Shown here in pieces: positions 44,691 through 53,967 of a stretch of 64,000 nucleotides of DNA. The stretch's first letter is position 1. Each line of letters opens with the position of its first letter. Source of the stretch: an uncultured Thiotrichales bacterium (GTDB lineage Bacteria > Pseudomonadota > Gammaproteobacteria > UBA4575); assembly GCA_964486815.1 (NCBI GenBank), contig CAZAOO010000014.1, forward strand, positions 16,041 through 80,040. Direction: 5' to 3'. Below the pieces are notes generated by a model. The model saw only the letters and a program-made list of their open reading frames with translations. It did no database searches and had not been told where the DNA came from. The translations under genes were made by a program, and so were the position numbers.

Positions 44691-46721
44691 TTACTGCTTA
44701 TGCCCTATCTCTTCTAACCTCGATTGAATACTGATTAAGTGTTCACGAATGGCTTGATTTTCAGGATCGATCTCCAGAGCCTGCTCAACCAATTGCAAAC
44801 CTCTTTCTAGTTGGCCTGATTCTGCCAATATCCAACCCAAGGTATCGCTAACTGGTGCATCGTTCGGATTGATAGCGTAGGCTCGTTCTGCAAATTCAAG
44901 CGCTCGTTTATCATTAACTTTAAAGTAACTCCACGCAAGATTATTAAGTACTACATAATTATTTGGTAATGATTTTAGTAAGATCTCGTAATGGAGGATG
45001 GCATTTTTGTAATTACTTTCTGAAATATATAAATCTGCCAACATCAATCCCAATTGCGGCTGATCAGGAAGCGCCTGCTGCCAGCTCTTTAATAATGCGG
45101 ATATTTTACTTCGCTCATTAGAGCTATCAGCTTTTATCACAAGACTCTTCAAATTATTGTAAAGAAGATTTTTTTCTGAGGCCGAAAGCCCTGTACCAAG
45201 CATTGATCTGAGTTCTGAAATTGCAGCAGAAAATTTTTGTTGGGCAATATAGTGACTAATAACTACTAATTTCAATGTTGTATTATTTGGTTGCTCAATT
45301 AACCAGCTTTTAATAGTTTGTGTAGCTTCTGTGGTATTACCGATTTTATTGAGACTATTTAAATAAAGTACTTTTAAATCTATAGAATTTGGATAATAGT
45401 TTATTAATAGATTTAACAGCTCTTCAGCCTGATCATTTTTGCCCAATACAAAAAACATATTGTAAATAATATTGATGTCACTAATACTTTTAGGATTAGT
45501 GATGTCATAATTATTTAAAATATTTTCATATTGTGCTTCGTCTTGATTTCTATAATTGATGTATGCAAGCAGAGGGGTTAGAGCTATTTTATCTTCCTCT
45601 TCAGCAATAATATAACTGTTAATGCGTTCAATTGCTCCCAGATTATCACCTAATTGCATATCAAGAACTGCTTTAATAACCAACAAATCCAAACCATTCC
45701 TGCTGTTTGAAATATGCGTGCCCAATATACTTTCCAGCTCCTCAAACTTGGACTGTTTAAATAATATTATAGCAAGCAGCGATATGACCCGAGGATTATT
45801 GCTACTTATTTTTAATACTTCTTTTAAATGTTCTTCCGCAAGCGACAAATCTTCTGCTGAGTAAGCCATCTTTGCCAACTCAAAGTGATATATAGGAGAC
45901 TTTGGATAGGACTCTAAAAAATCTTGATAAAATGTTTCACTTGCCGAAACATTTCCAAGCGAAACTTTTGAACGTACAACGTTTTGCGCAACCTGCAAAC
46001 TCTGTTGTGTCAGTATTCTAGATTTATCTAATTTAAGTGTTTGCAGATAATAGTTTTCAGCGTCGGTATACTGCCCTTTGTTAAATTTTATATTTGCCAG
46101 CAATAACCATGCCTCGGCCAGCTTATTATCAAATTGTAAAACTCTCTCCAACCGTTCGCTTGCCTTTAACTCTCTATTATTAGCAAGATCTATTCTTGCA
46201 AGCCATACTTGAGCTAACCCATAATCCTCATCATCCTCAATAAGACGTGAAAACATTGTCTTTGCAGCATTTAATCTACCTTCGGCAAGATCAATTTGGC
46301 CATGCAATAAAAAGTATCTCGGCTGTTGTCCGTGCAACGTTACAACCTCTTCCGCAAGTAACAGTTTTCTTGCCTCACTTAGATTTCCTTGTTTAAGAAG
46401 CGCTTCCACAATCCATAACTGTAGGTCGGGAATAGAATGCTGCACCTTCGATACTGCCACAAAGATTTCATATGCTTCTTCAGGATGGCCAATTTGCAAA
46501 TAGGTTTCCGCAATAATGAATCTAAGCTCAGGATTATTTAATGTTTCTGCTGATAATGTCTCCGCTTCAGTCAATACATCCAAATAACGACCGCTATCAT
46601 AATAAAATTTAACTACACCAATATCTTCACCGCTGGCTTCTTGTTGAGCATTATCACTACAGGCAGTAATTAAAATGGCAATAAAAAATATAAAAATACT
46701 TAGAATGTTTTTTACTTTCAT
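44691..46721 (-). CDS. TPR-repeat lipoprotein (PEP-CTERM system PrsT-like)
   Basis: Lipobox AILITAC. TPR-like helical repeats run throughout (e.g. AWSYFKVNDKRALEFAERAYAINPNDAPVSDTLGWILAESGQLERGLQLVEQALEIDPEN). It is shorter (676 aa) than the roughly 900 aa I recall for PrsT. Confidence 0.7.
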   Translation of the reverse strand: MKVKNILSIFIFFIAILITACSDNAQQEASGEDIGVVKFYYDSGRYLDVLTEAETLSAETLNNPELRFIIAETYLQIGHPEEAYEIFVAVSKVQHSIPDLQLWIVEALLKQGNLSEARKLLLAEEVVTLHGQQPRYFLLHGQIDLAEGRLNAAKTMFSRLIEDDEDYGLAQVWLARIDLANNRELKASERLERVLQFDNKLAEAWLLLANIKFNKGQYTDAENYYLQTLKLDKSRILTQQSLQVAQNVVRSKVSLGNVSASETFYQDFLESYPKSPIYHFELAKMAYSAEDLSLAEEHLKEVLKISSNNPRVISLLAIILFKQSKFEELESILGTHISNSRNGLDLLVIKAVLDMQLGDNLGAIERINSYIIAEEEDKIALTPLLAYINYRNQDEAQYENILNNYDITNPKSISDINIIYNMFFVLGKNDQAEELLNLLINYYPNSIDLKVLYLNSLNKIGNTTEATQTIKSWLIEQPNNTTLKLVVISHYIAQQKFSAAISELRSMLGTGLSASEKNLLYNNLKSLVIKADSSNERSKISALLKSWQQALPDQPQLGLMLADLYISESNYKNAILHYEILLKSLPNNYVVLNNLAWSYFKVNDKRALEFAERAYAINPNDAPVSDTLGWILAESGQLERGLQLVEQALEIDPENQAIREHLISIQSRLEEIGHKQ

Positions 46722-46743
46722 AATAAATAGAGTAACTTAATGT

Positions 46744-48276
46744 TCAAAATGCTAGAGATTCTTTAATGGAATGATAATGCAGTTGCAAGTAGTCATTTAA
46801 TATTTTATCAGAATCCATTGTTGAACGGAGGCATCTTGTTGATATAGCATTAAGAGCACTGCCTGATCTACCTTGCAATTTAGCAATCAGCTCATTTAAT
46901 TTCACACGCCATTTTCTAACATAATTCTCTCCACCTACTTCAAACCAGTACCAGATCCTAATACACTCGCCTGATTTTTTAGCAGTAATCGTTGCGGTAT
47001 TGACCTCTAATAGTTTGACACCCTCTTGACCTTTCACTACTTGACCTGTTAATGAATCTATAATTTTCCAGTCTCGATTATCAACAATTTTATTTTCCGT
47101 ATTAATCAATTCTCCTTCCGGATTAAGTATAGAATAATGGAGAATGTTTAATGCCACTGTGTTATTTTGTTTCTCAAATTGCGCAACAAACTGCTCGCTA
47201 TATAATAAATAGTTTGGCTCCCACAGTGGGGCATGTAGTTTTGGACCAACCCATTCGCCACTGGCACGTATTTTACTGGTATCTAACATAGAAATTTCAG
47301 CCTGATTACTTTCTATATAATTTGCAAATAGTGGAGCCGCTGAAATCACTAATATATAAAGCAAAAGAATAATTGCGGGTGAATGCGACAAATCACTCTT
47401 TCCAGTCTCACTTTTCTGCACCAGTGTATTGGCATTGCCCACATTCACGTTTAGTGCTCTTGCAAACAAAAAAAGCGGCACAAGAAAAAAAGCAAAAACC
47501 ACCCAACCAAGATTCTCATGATCTTGAACCAATGGATAATCAACACCCTTATATACACCCAAGCCAATAATAATCAGTATACGAACAAGATTCCCTATAA
47601 GCATGATTATGATAGAAACCAAAATTAACAGCAGAGTTCGCCAGTATTCATGGTAATTGAGGAACCCGAAAACCATCGAAAGCAGCATTCCTACTAACAC
47701 GTATCGCAATCCACTACAGCTTTCTTCAATTACAAATATACCTTTAGAAAAAATAACCGAATTATCGACTATTTGATAATCAAGATTTGTGAATGAAAGC
47801 GCTATACTTGTCGCATTGACTGCAATACCCTGCAGGTATGGTAGCAACAATGACCAAATGGGAATTGTGAACAAGAGAATATAGATGGGTATTAATAATG
47901 TTTTATAATTTTTCCAGCCAAAAAAATATGTGAATGTAAAAAATAAAAAAAATGGTATGCATAACATTTGCATAGTATTTATGTTGGCAATATAAGCTAA
48001 TAGCCATGCCAGCGATACCAGCAATAGCCAAACTGCAGAGATGAAAGAAGAATGGGAAATTTTTAATCTTTTTTCCTTTACAGATACATATACAAGGTAG
48101 ATTGATATGATTATTGTTAGATATCCATGGGAGTAAGTGCCATAAGTATTCCAATTTAAAAAAAGTGCACTGATAGAAACTCTATAAAGATAAACAAAAA
48201 AGACAATTCCCGCGATCAACACAACCCACATTAGATTAGTTTTATTAGATGCGAAATTAGAATAATGCGTATTCAT
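46744..48276 (-). CDS. Exosortase (EpsH/XrtA-like) fused to a C-terminal EpsI-family domain
   Basis: Eight-TM N-terminal half with the exosortase signature residues: VIEESCSGLRYVLVG (catalytic Cys), IGNLVRILIII (Arg) and QDHENLGWVVF (His). The C-terminal half of about 200 aa, with a TM anchor and ...IRIWYWFEVGGENYVRKWRVKL, is typical of EpsI. Confidence 0.9.
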   Translation of the reverse strand: MNTHYSNFASNKTNLMWVVLIAGIVFFVYLYRVSISALFLNWNTYGTYSHGYLTIIISIYLVYVSVKEKRLKISHSSFISAVWLLLVSLAWLLAYIANINTMQMLCIPFFLFFTFTYFFGWKNYKTLLIPIYILLFTIPIWSLLLPYLQGIAVNATSIALSFTNLDYQIVDNSVIFSKGIFVIEESCSGLRYVLVGMLLSMVFGFLNYHEYWRTLLLILVSIIIMLIGNLVRILIIIGLGVYKGVDYPLVQDHENLGWVVFAFFLVPLFLFARALNVNVGNANTLVQKSETGKSDLSHSPAIILLLYILVISAAPLFANYIESNQAEISMLDTSKIRASGEWVGPKLHAPLWEPNYLLYSEQFVAQFEKQNNTVALNILHYSILNPEGELINTENKIVDNRDWKIIDSLTGQVVKGQEGVKLLEVNTATITAKKSGECIRIWYWFEVGGENYVRKWRVKLNELIAKLQGRSGSALNAISTRCLRSTMDSDKILNDYLQLHYHSIKESLAF

Positions 48277-48346
48277 TTCTTAAATAAATTATGCAGTGAT
48301 TAATTTAAGCATTCACTTACAGCAATTTTATGCGCATTATCCACTT

Positions 48347-49759
48347 TTACCTTGCACCTTTACCCCAAAGGACAACTTCTGCTGTTTGTAGCAAAATAAC
48401 CAAATCAAATATTAAACTATGATGTTTTACATAATATAAATCAAAGTTTAGCTTTTCAATTGCATCTTGCACTGAACTTCCATAAGGATATTTCATCTGT
48501 GCCCAACCAGCTAATCCAGGCTTTACTCGATGACGCTCACCATAAAATGCAATACTTCCTGTAAGTATATCCACAAATTCCGGCCTTTCTGGTCGCGGCC
48601 CTACTAAGCTCATATCACCGCGAAACACATTATATATTTGTGGCAATTCATCAACTCTGTAGGTACGTAAAAATTTTCCAATCTTTGTAACCCTTGGATC
48701 ATCCTGGTTAGCCCATACAGCTTTACCTTCTAATTCAGCATCTGAACGCATAGTACGAAACTTAAGTAAATTAAAGTTCTCACCATTCAATCCAACACGG
48801 GTTTGCTGGTAAAAGATAGATTCCTTACCCTTACATTCCAGCCAAATACTAATAACTGCATACAAATACAAGGGCGATGCAATGATTAGCAGGACTGCAC
48901 TCGCGACCAGATCAAAAATTCGTTTAGTGAAATAGCGAAAACTATCCTGCTTAAACCCCACTGAAAAAATAATCCACGAGGGATTCAGCAAACTAGAATA
49001 AATCTTGCCTAATTGTCTCTCTAAAAAGGTAACTAACTCTACAATCTTCACTCCTTTTAATCTGGCATCCATCAATTCCTTTATAGGTAGAATATTTCTG
49101 CGGTCTGATAAAGCCACCACAATTTCATCCACGTTATGCTTTTCAATCAACTCTTGTAAAGACAAACCCTTTTCAACTATAAATTGCTCATCAATCGCAA
49201 TCTCTTCATTTTTCATTGGCATATAGCCAATAATATTAATCCCGCTACGATCAGATTTGCGGCGTAATTTAGTAATCCAGCTTGCTTGACTGCCTGCACC
49301 CAATATCAGCACATTTCTCTTTAAAGCTTCCGAGTTTACTGTCTGTGAGAATATAAAATGGAAAAGGATTAGAAATAAAAATGAAAGACTAGCAGCAATT
49401 AGAAATACACCTCGCCCCATATAGATACTTGGAAAGATATAAAAAATAAATCCGAATACCACAAAAGCGGTGATAAAACTGACAGTGAGTCGACTAAGCT
49501 TATCAACAATGTGCTCACGACGTTGAGTCTGATACAGGCCCATACTAATTAAAGTGATCACCACAACTGCCGAATGTATAATTGCTCGCGGAAATAAATC
49601 CCCTATATTATTAACAGCCACTTCCAGTGGGTTTATCTCTGTGTAATAGCGAAGATAAGCAGCAATATAAACACACAAAAACAGCACTACCGCATCTGTC
49701 AGAGCCAAAAGCAGATATGGGGCCTTGATGTGCTGACCCCCTATTCGTATATCAAACAT
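48347..49759 (-). CDS. Priming polyprenyl glycosylphosphotransferase (EpsB/WbaP/ExoY-like bacterial sugar transferase)
   Basis: The C-terminal RIFDLVASAVLLIIASPLYLY...LLKFRTMRSDAE...DPRVTKIGKFLRTYRVDELPQIYNVFRGDMSLVGPRPERPEF is the bacterial sugar transferase domain. The track ORF starts at TTG 49846. ATG 49759 (MFDIRIGGQHIKAPYLLLALTDAVVLF) matches the usual N-terminus. Confidence 0.9.
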   Translation of the reverse strand: MFDIRIGGQHIKAPYLLLALTDAVVLFLCVYIAAYLRYYTEINPLEVAVNNIGDLFPRAIIHSAVVVITLISMGLYQTQRREHIVDKLSRLTVSFITAFVVFGFIFYIFPSIYMGRGVFLIAASLSFLFLILFHFIFSQTVNSEALKRNVLILGAGSQASWITKLRRKSDRSGINIIGYMPMKNEEIAIDEQFIVEKGLSLQELIEKHNVDEIVVALSDRRNILPIKELMDARLKGVKIVELVTFLERQLGKIYSSLLNPSWIIFSVGFKQDSFRYFTKRIFDLVASAVLLIIASPLYLYAVISIWLECKGKESIFYQQTRVGLNGENFNLLKFRTMRSDAELEGKAVWANQDDPRVTKIGKFLRTYRVDELPQIYNVFRGDMSLVGPRPERPEFVDILTGSIAFYGERHRVKPGLAGWAQMKYPYGSSVQDAIEKLNFDLYYVKHHSLIFDLVILLQTAEVVLWGKGAR

Positions 49760-50010
49760 GTAATTTTTAAAATTGGTAAAATTAATTAACTTAATTATGA
49801 ATAAATAGCACTCGACCTGGAAACCAATACAGCCTAGTCTAAGCAATTTAGCCGACCAGTTCCCTCTTAGACGCGAATTAAACCACTATATCCCTTTCAG
49901 ATTTGTAACCCCGTGGCGAAAATCACATAATTATTAAGTGAATTCATTTATTTTACGTCTGCTGAAAATTTTTAACCCTTATTTTTAACTCTATAAAGTA
50001 ATTAAACATC

Positions 50011-51285
50011 GTGCTACCTAAAGATATCCATATCGGCGTAGTTGGACTAGGCTATGTCGGCCTGCCACTCGCAGTAGAATTTGGCAAACAACTCCCTACC
50101 ATGGGCTTTGACATCAATATCTCTCGATTAGATGAGTTGAAAAAAGGTATCGATCGAACCCTGGAAGTCAGCCAAGATGAATTAATCACCGCTAGCAATC
50201 TCAGCTTTACCTCTTCTGTAGATGACTTGCGGGCTTGTAATGTATTCATTGTAACGGTACCCACTCCTATTGACGACCATAAAGTTCCTGATCTAACCCC
50301 CGTTCGCAAAGCTTCTGAAACCGTAAGCAAGGCACTTAAAAAAGGCGATGTAGTTATTTATGAGTCTACGGTCTATCCCGGTGTGACTGAAGATATTTGT
50401 GTTCCAATTTTAGAGTCCGGCACTGATTTGCAACTTAACAAAGACTTTTACGTAGGTTACAGCCCTGAGCGCATCAACCCAGGTGACAAAGAACATCGCT
50501 TACCCACCATCAAAAAAGTAACCTCAGGCTCTACACCTGAAGCATCTGAGTTCGTTGATCAGCTATATCGAAGAATTATTACAGCCGGCACTCATAAAGC
50601 CAGCAGTATCAAGGTTGCAGAAGCTGCCAAAGTAATTGAAAACACTCAACGTGACGTTAATATTGCTCTAATTAATGAGTTATCTTTAATTTTTGCGCGC
50701 TTGAATATCGACACCATTGAAGTACTCGAAGCTGCTGGCACCAAGTGGAACTTTCTACCTTTTAGACCCGGTCTTGTAGGTGGGCATTGTATTGGTGTAG
50801 ACCCGTATTATTTAACTTATAAAGCACAGGAAATTGGCTATAACCCAGAGGTAATTCTGTCGGGTCGTCGTATAAATGACGGCATGGGCCCATATGTTGC
50901 GGAGAGCGTTATTAAGTTAATGCTTAAAAAGAAGGTACATGTAGTGGATGCCAAAATATTGATACTTGGCTTCACTTTTAAAGAAAACTGCCCAGACATA
51001 CGCAATACTCGTGTAATCGATATTGTTAAAGAATTTGCTAACTATCATGCCCAAGTAGATATATTTGATCCTTGGGTAGATCTTGCAGAAGCTAGTGAAG
51101 AATACAATGCTTCATTTTTACCTGAGCTACCCGCGACAAAATATGATGCGATCATTCTTGCAGTGAACCATGATGAATTTAAAGGTTTGGGCGCAGACAA
51201 AATCCATTCCTTAGGAAAAGACAACCACGTACTTTTTGATGTGAAGAATGTATTACCTAAAAATCAGGTAGATGGTCGCCTTTAA
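50011..51285 (+). CDS. Nucleotide-sugar 6-dehydrogenase (TviB/WbpO/CapL-like UDP-N-acetylhexosamine dehydrogenase family)
   Basis: [17 protein letters not shown] Rossmann motif and catalytic Cys motif [15 protein letters not shown] start. Confidence 0.85.
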   Translation: MLPKDIHIGVVGLGYVGLPLAVEFGKQLPTMGFDINISRLDELKKGIDRTLEVSQDELITASNLSFTSSVDDLRACNVFIVTVPTPIDDHKVPDLTPVRKASETVSKALKKGDVVIYESTVYPGVTEDICVPILESGTDLQLNKDFYVGYSPERINPGDKEHRLPTIKKVTSGSTPEASEFVDQLYRRIITAGTHKASSIKVAEAAKVIENTQRDVNIALINELSLIFARLNIDTIEVLEAAGTKWNFLPFRPGLVGGHCIGVDPYYLTYKAQEIGYNPEVILSGRRINDGMGPYVAESVIKLMLKKKVHVVDAKILILGFTFKENCPDIRNTRVIDIVKEFANYHAQVDIFDPWVDLAEASEEYNASFLPELPATKYDAIILAVNHDEFKGLGADKIHSLGKDNHVLFDVKNVLPKNQVDGRL

Positions 51286-51327
51286 GTATTCATTTTGAAA
51301 ATTATATAATAAAGCTGATATAAAAAT

Positions 51328-52335
51328 ATGAAAGTAGCTGTTACCGGCTCAGCCGGATTTATTGGTTCTAATGTTTCCATGCGTTTACTAGAGCGCGGAG
51401 ATGAAGTCTTAGGCATTGATAACCTAAATGACTATTACGATGTGAATCTGAAGCTTGGTAGACTGGAAAGAGTCAAAGCTTATGATAAATTCACTGAAGC
51501 TCGAATAAATTTAGAAGACAAAGAAGCTATCTTAGATGCAATTTCTAAATTCAAACCACAACGAGTAATCAATCTAGCTGCACAAGCTGGCGTTCGATAT
51601 TCAATCGAAAATCCATCCGCCTATGTAGACACTAACCTGGTCGGGTTTTGCAATATATTAGAAGCCTGTCGCCATCACGGTGTTGAGCATCTTGTATATG
51701 CATCCAGTAGCTCAGTCTATGGCGCGAATACAAAGATGCCGTTCTCGGTTCACCAAAACGTTGACCACCCACTAAGCTTATATGCAGCAACTAAAAAAGC
51801 CAACGAGCTCATGGCACATGTCTATAGCAATCTGTATGGCTTACATACAACCGGGCTAAGATTCTTTACTGTCTACGGACCATGGGGAAGACCCGATATG
51901 GCCTTGTTTTTGTTCACCAAAAACATATTAGCCGGCAAACCTATTGATGTGTTTAATTATGGCAATCACCGCAGGGATTTCACTTACATAGACGATATCG
52001 TTGAGGGCGTAATTCGCACTCTAGACCATCTACCAGAAAAAAATGCAGCGTGGGACAGTGACGCACCAGACAGTGCATCCAGCTTTGCACCTTACCGCTT
52101 ATACAATATTGGTAATAATGCACCTGTTGAATTAAGTCATTACATCGAAGTACTTGAAGATTGCCTTGGCAAGAAAGCCGAGCGTAACCTGTTACCACTG
52201 CAGCCTGGTGATGTGCCAGATACCTACGCTAACGTCGAAGCTTTAGTGCAAGATGTTGATTATAAACCAAATACTACAGTTGAAGTGGGTATCAAAAACT
52301 TCGTCGAGTGGTATAGAGATTTCTATAAGGTTTAA
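51328..52335 (+). CDS. NAD-dependent nucleotide-sugar epimerase (UDP-glucuronate 4-epimerase-like)
   Basis: [20 protein letters not shown] and YAATKKANE (YxxxK) motifs. It is paired with the dehydrogenase, as in uronic-acid-forming capsule loci. Confidence 0.8.
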   Translation: MKVAVTGSAGFIGSNVSMRLLERGDEVLGIDNLNDYYDVNLKLGRLERVKAYDKFTEARINLEDKEAILDAISKFKPQRVINLAAQAGVRYSIENPSAYVDTNLVGFCNILEACRHHGVEHLVYASSSSVYGANTKMPFSVHQNVDHPLSLYAATKKANELMAHVYSNLYGLHTTGLRFFTVYGPWGRPDMALFLFTKNILAGKPIDVFNYGNHRRDFTYIDDIVEGVIRTLDHLPEKNAAWDSDAPDSASSFAPYRLYNIGNNAPVELSHYIEVLEDCLGKKAERNLLPLQPGDVPDTYANVEALVQDVDYKPNTTVEVGIKNFVEWYRDFYKV

Positions 52336-52529
52336 ATTTATCCGTTTTTAGTCTCCGTCACTTAGACTAATTAGACTAAGCGGCGTCAAATATTCATACT
52401 TGCCGAATAACAAAGACTTAGGTATTATTCCCCTATAAATTTTACTGTTATCTCTGTAAATAATTGATTTTAGTAAGAATACTTAACTTTTATTCTTCCT
52501 AAAAGCATCAAGCTAGGAGGATGTATTCC

Positions 52530-52757
52530 ATGCAAACAGTTAATATTCTGCTTACTATTGGATTAATTGTACTGGTATCCGGCATCACCGTATTGACACT
52601 TTGTGCAGTCATCGCATCATCCCGTTCAGAGCAAGTAGCTTTGTCAGAACTAAAGCGATCAAATCACGATGAGCGTCGTAAAAATATTTCTTGTAGCTTC
52701 CCTGTAACTTGCGCAGATGGAACGATGGTTTATTTTGATCGTCGCCTACAGACTTGA
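52530..52757 (+). CDS. Small single-pass membrane protein of unknown function (75 aa)
   Basis: AGGAGG at 52515-52520 lies 9 nt before ATG 52530; the track start 52521 abuts the SD directly. One TM helix (ILLTIGLIVLVSGITVLTLCAVIA) is followed by a basic tail, ...SNHDERRKNISCSFPVTCADGTMVYFDRRLQT. Confidence 0.55.
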   Translation: MQTVNILLTIGLIVLVSGITVLTLCAVIASSRSEQVALSELKRSNHDERRKNISCSFPVTCADGTMVYFDRRLQT

Positions 52758-52767
52758 CTACGCATCT

Positions 52768-53862
52768 TCAGCAATGACTTAACTCAAAGTCCCGCATAAA
52801 GCCAAGTAACGTTTCTACACCATGAGCAGGCATGGCGTTATATAAACTGACACGTATACCACCCACAGAGTTGTGGCCTCTCAAGCCTAATAAGTGATTA
52901 TTCTCAGCATCAGATATAAATTTCTCATGCAAGTGTTTATCTTTAAGTTCAAATGGAATATTCACCTTAGACCGAAACTTAGTATCAACATTATTTACAT
53001 ATAGATCACTTGCATCAATTAGATCATATAAAGACTTGGCACACTGTTGTCCTCGCTTATATATTTCAGCAACTCCACCCTTGTCTTTAAGCCAATCCAA
53101 CATTAAACCCAAAACATAAATTGCAAAGGTCGGTGGTGTATTCACAAGCGATCCGGCTTGATAACATTTTTTATAGTCAAAGACCTTAGGTGCTTTTCCG
53201 ATCCCTTTGCCCAACAGCTCTTTTTTAACGACCATCACACATAGCCCTGCTACTCCTAGATTTTTCTGTGCGCTAGCATAGATCAAACCAAAATCTTTCA
53301 CTTCAGTGGGTCGTGTCAAGATGGAAGAAGTCATATCACAAAATAGCGTTGCTTGTTTTGAATGAATCTCAATCATTCCAGCAACATCATTCAAAACACC
53401 GCTAATGGTTTCATTCTCACAGTAGTGAATGTAACTTGCCCGCTCACACAAGCCCCACTGCTCTATAGGTTTAATTGCTATTAGCCCTGAATCATCAAGC
53501 GCATGAATTTCATTGATGTCTGAAAAATTTCTCGCTTCATTACATGCCATTTGAGACCAATGACCTGTGCAAACATAGTCAGCAACTTCGCCCAAATGCA
53601 TAAAATTCATTGGTAGCATTGAATACTGGGCAGTTGCACCGCCATGCAGCAGTAAAACTGCATAGTCATCAGGCACTGTCATTAATTCTCGCAACGAGTT
53701 TTCAGAACGATTTGCAATCTCTGCAAATTCATCACTACGATGCGATAACTCAAGCACAGACAATCCTGTACCACGGTAATCTAGCAATTCGCTTTTAATC
53801 TTATCCAGAACAAGCTTTGGTAAAGTTGCTGGTCCAGCACCAAAATAGAAGGTTTCTTGCAT
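52768..53862 (-). CDS. serC: 3-phosphoserine / phosphohydroxythreonine aminotransferase
   Basis: FGAGPATLPKLVL N-terminus, LLHGGATAQYSMLPMN, IYASAQKNLGVAGLCVMVV (PLP Lys region) and GGIRVSLYNAMP. Confidence 0.95.
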   Translation of the reverse strand: MQETFYFGAGPATLPKLVLDKIKSELLDYRGTGLSVLELSHRSDEFAEIANRSENSLRELMTVPDDYAVLLLHGGATAQYSMLPMNFMHLGEVADYVCTGHWSQMACNEARNFSDINEIHALDDSGLIAIKPIEQWGLCERASYIHYCENETISGVLNDVAGMIEIHSKQATLFCDMTSSILTRPTEVKDFGLIYASAQKNLGVAGLCVMVVKKELLGKGIGKAPKVFDYKKCYQAGSLVNTPPTFAIYVLGLMLDWLKDKGGVAEIYKRGQQCAKSLYDLIDASDLYVNNVDTKFRSKVNIPFELKDKHLHEKFISDAENNHLLGLRGHNSVGGIRVSLYNAMPAHGVETLLGFMRDFELSHC

Positions 53863-53967
53863 AACAATAATTAGTTGGGAATTGTTTTAAAAGGATTGCG
53901 CTAATTGGAAACCTATTTAAATAGGCAATTTAGACAAGACTATCTAAAAAACTATAATACTATTCTT

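Noticed and set aside
49760-49846. N-terminal 29-aa extension of the priming transferase ORF (TTG start at 49846)
   Set aside because: The extension (MLRLGCIGFQVECYLFIIKLINFTNFKNY) is not typical of the family, whereas ATG 49759 gives the conserved N-terminus. It is treated as 5' leader.
52348-52379. Weak hairpin (ttagtct / agactaa, 9-nt loop) plus a 9-bp tandem repeat ttagactaa x2 after the epimerase gene
   Set aside because: The 7-bp stem is AT-rich with no following T-run. That is too weak to call a terminator, and the tandem repeat has only two units.
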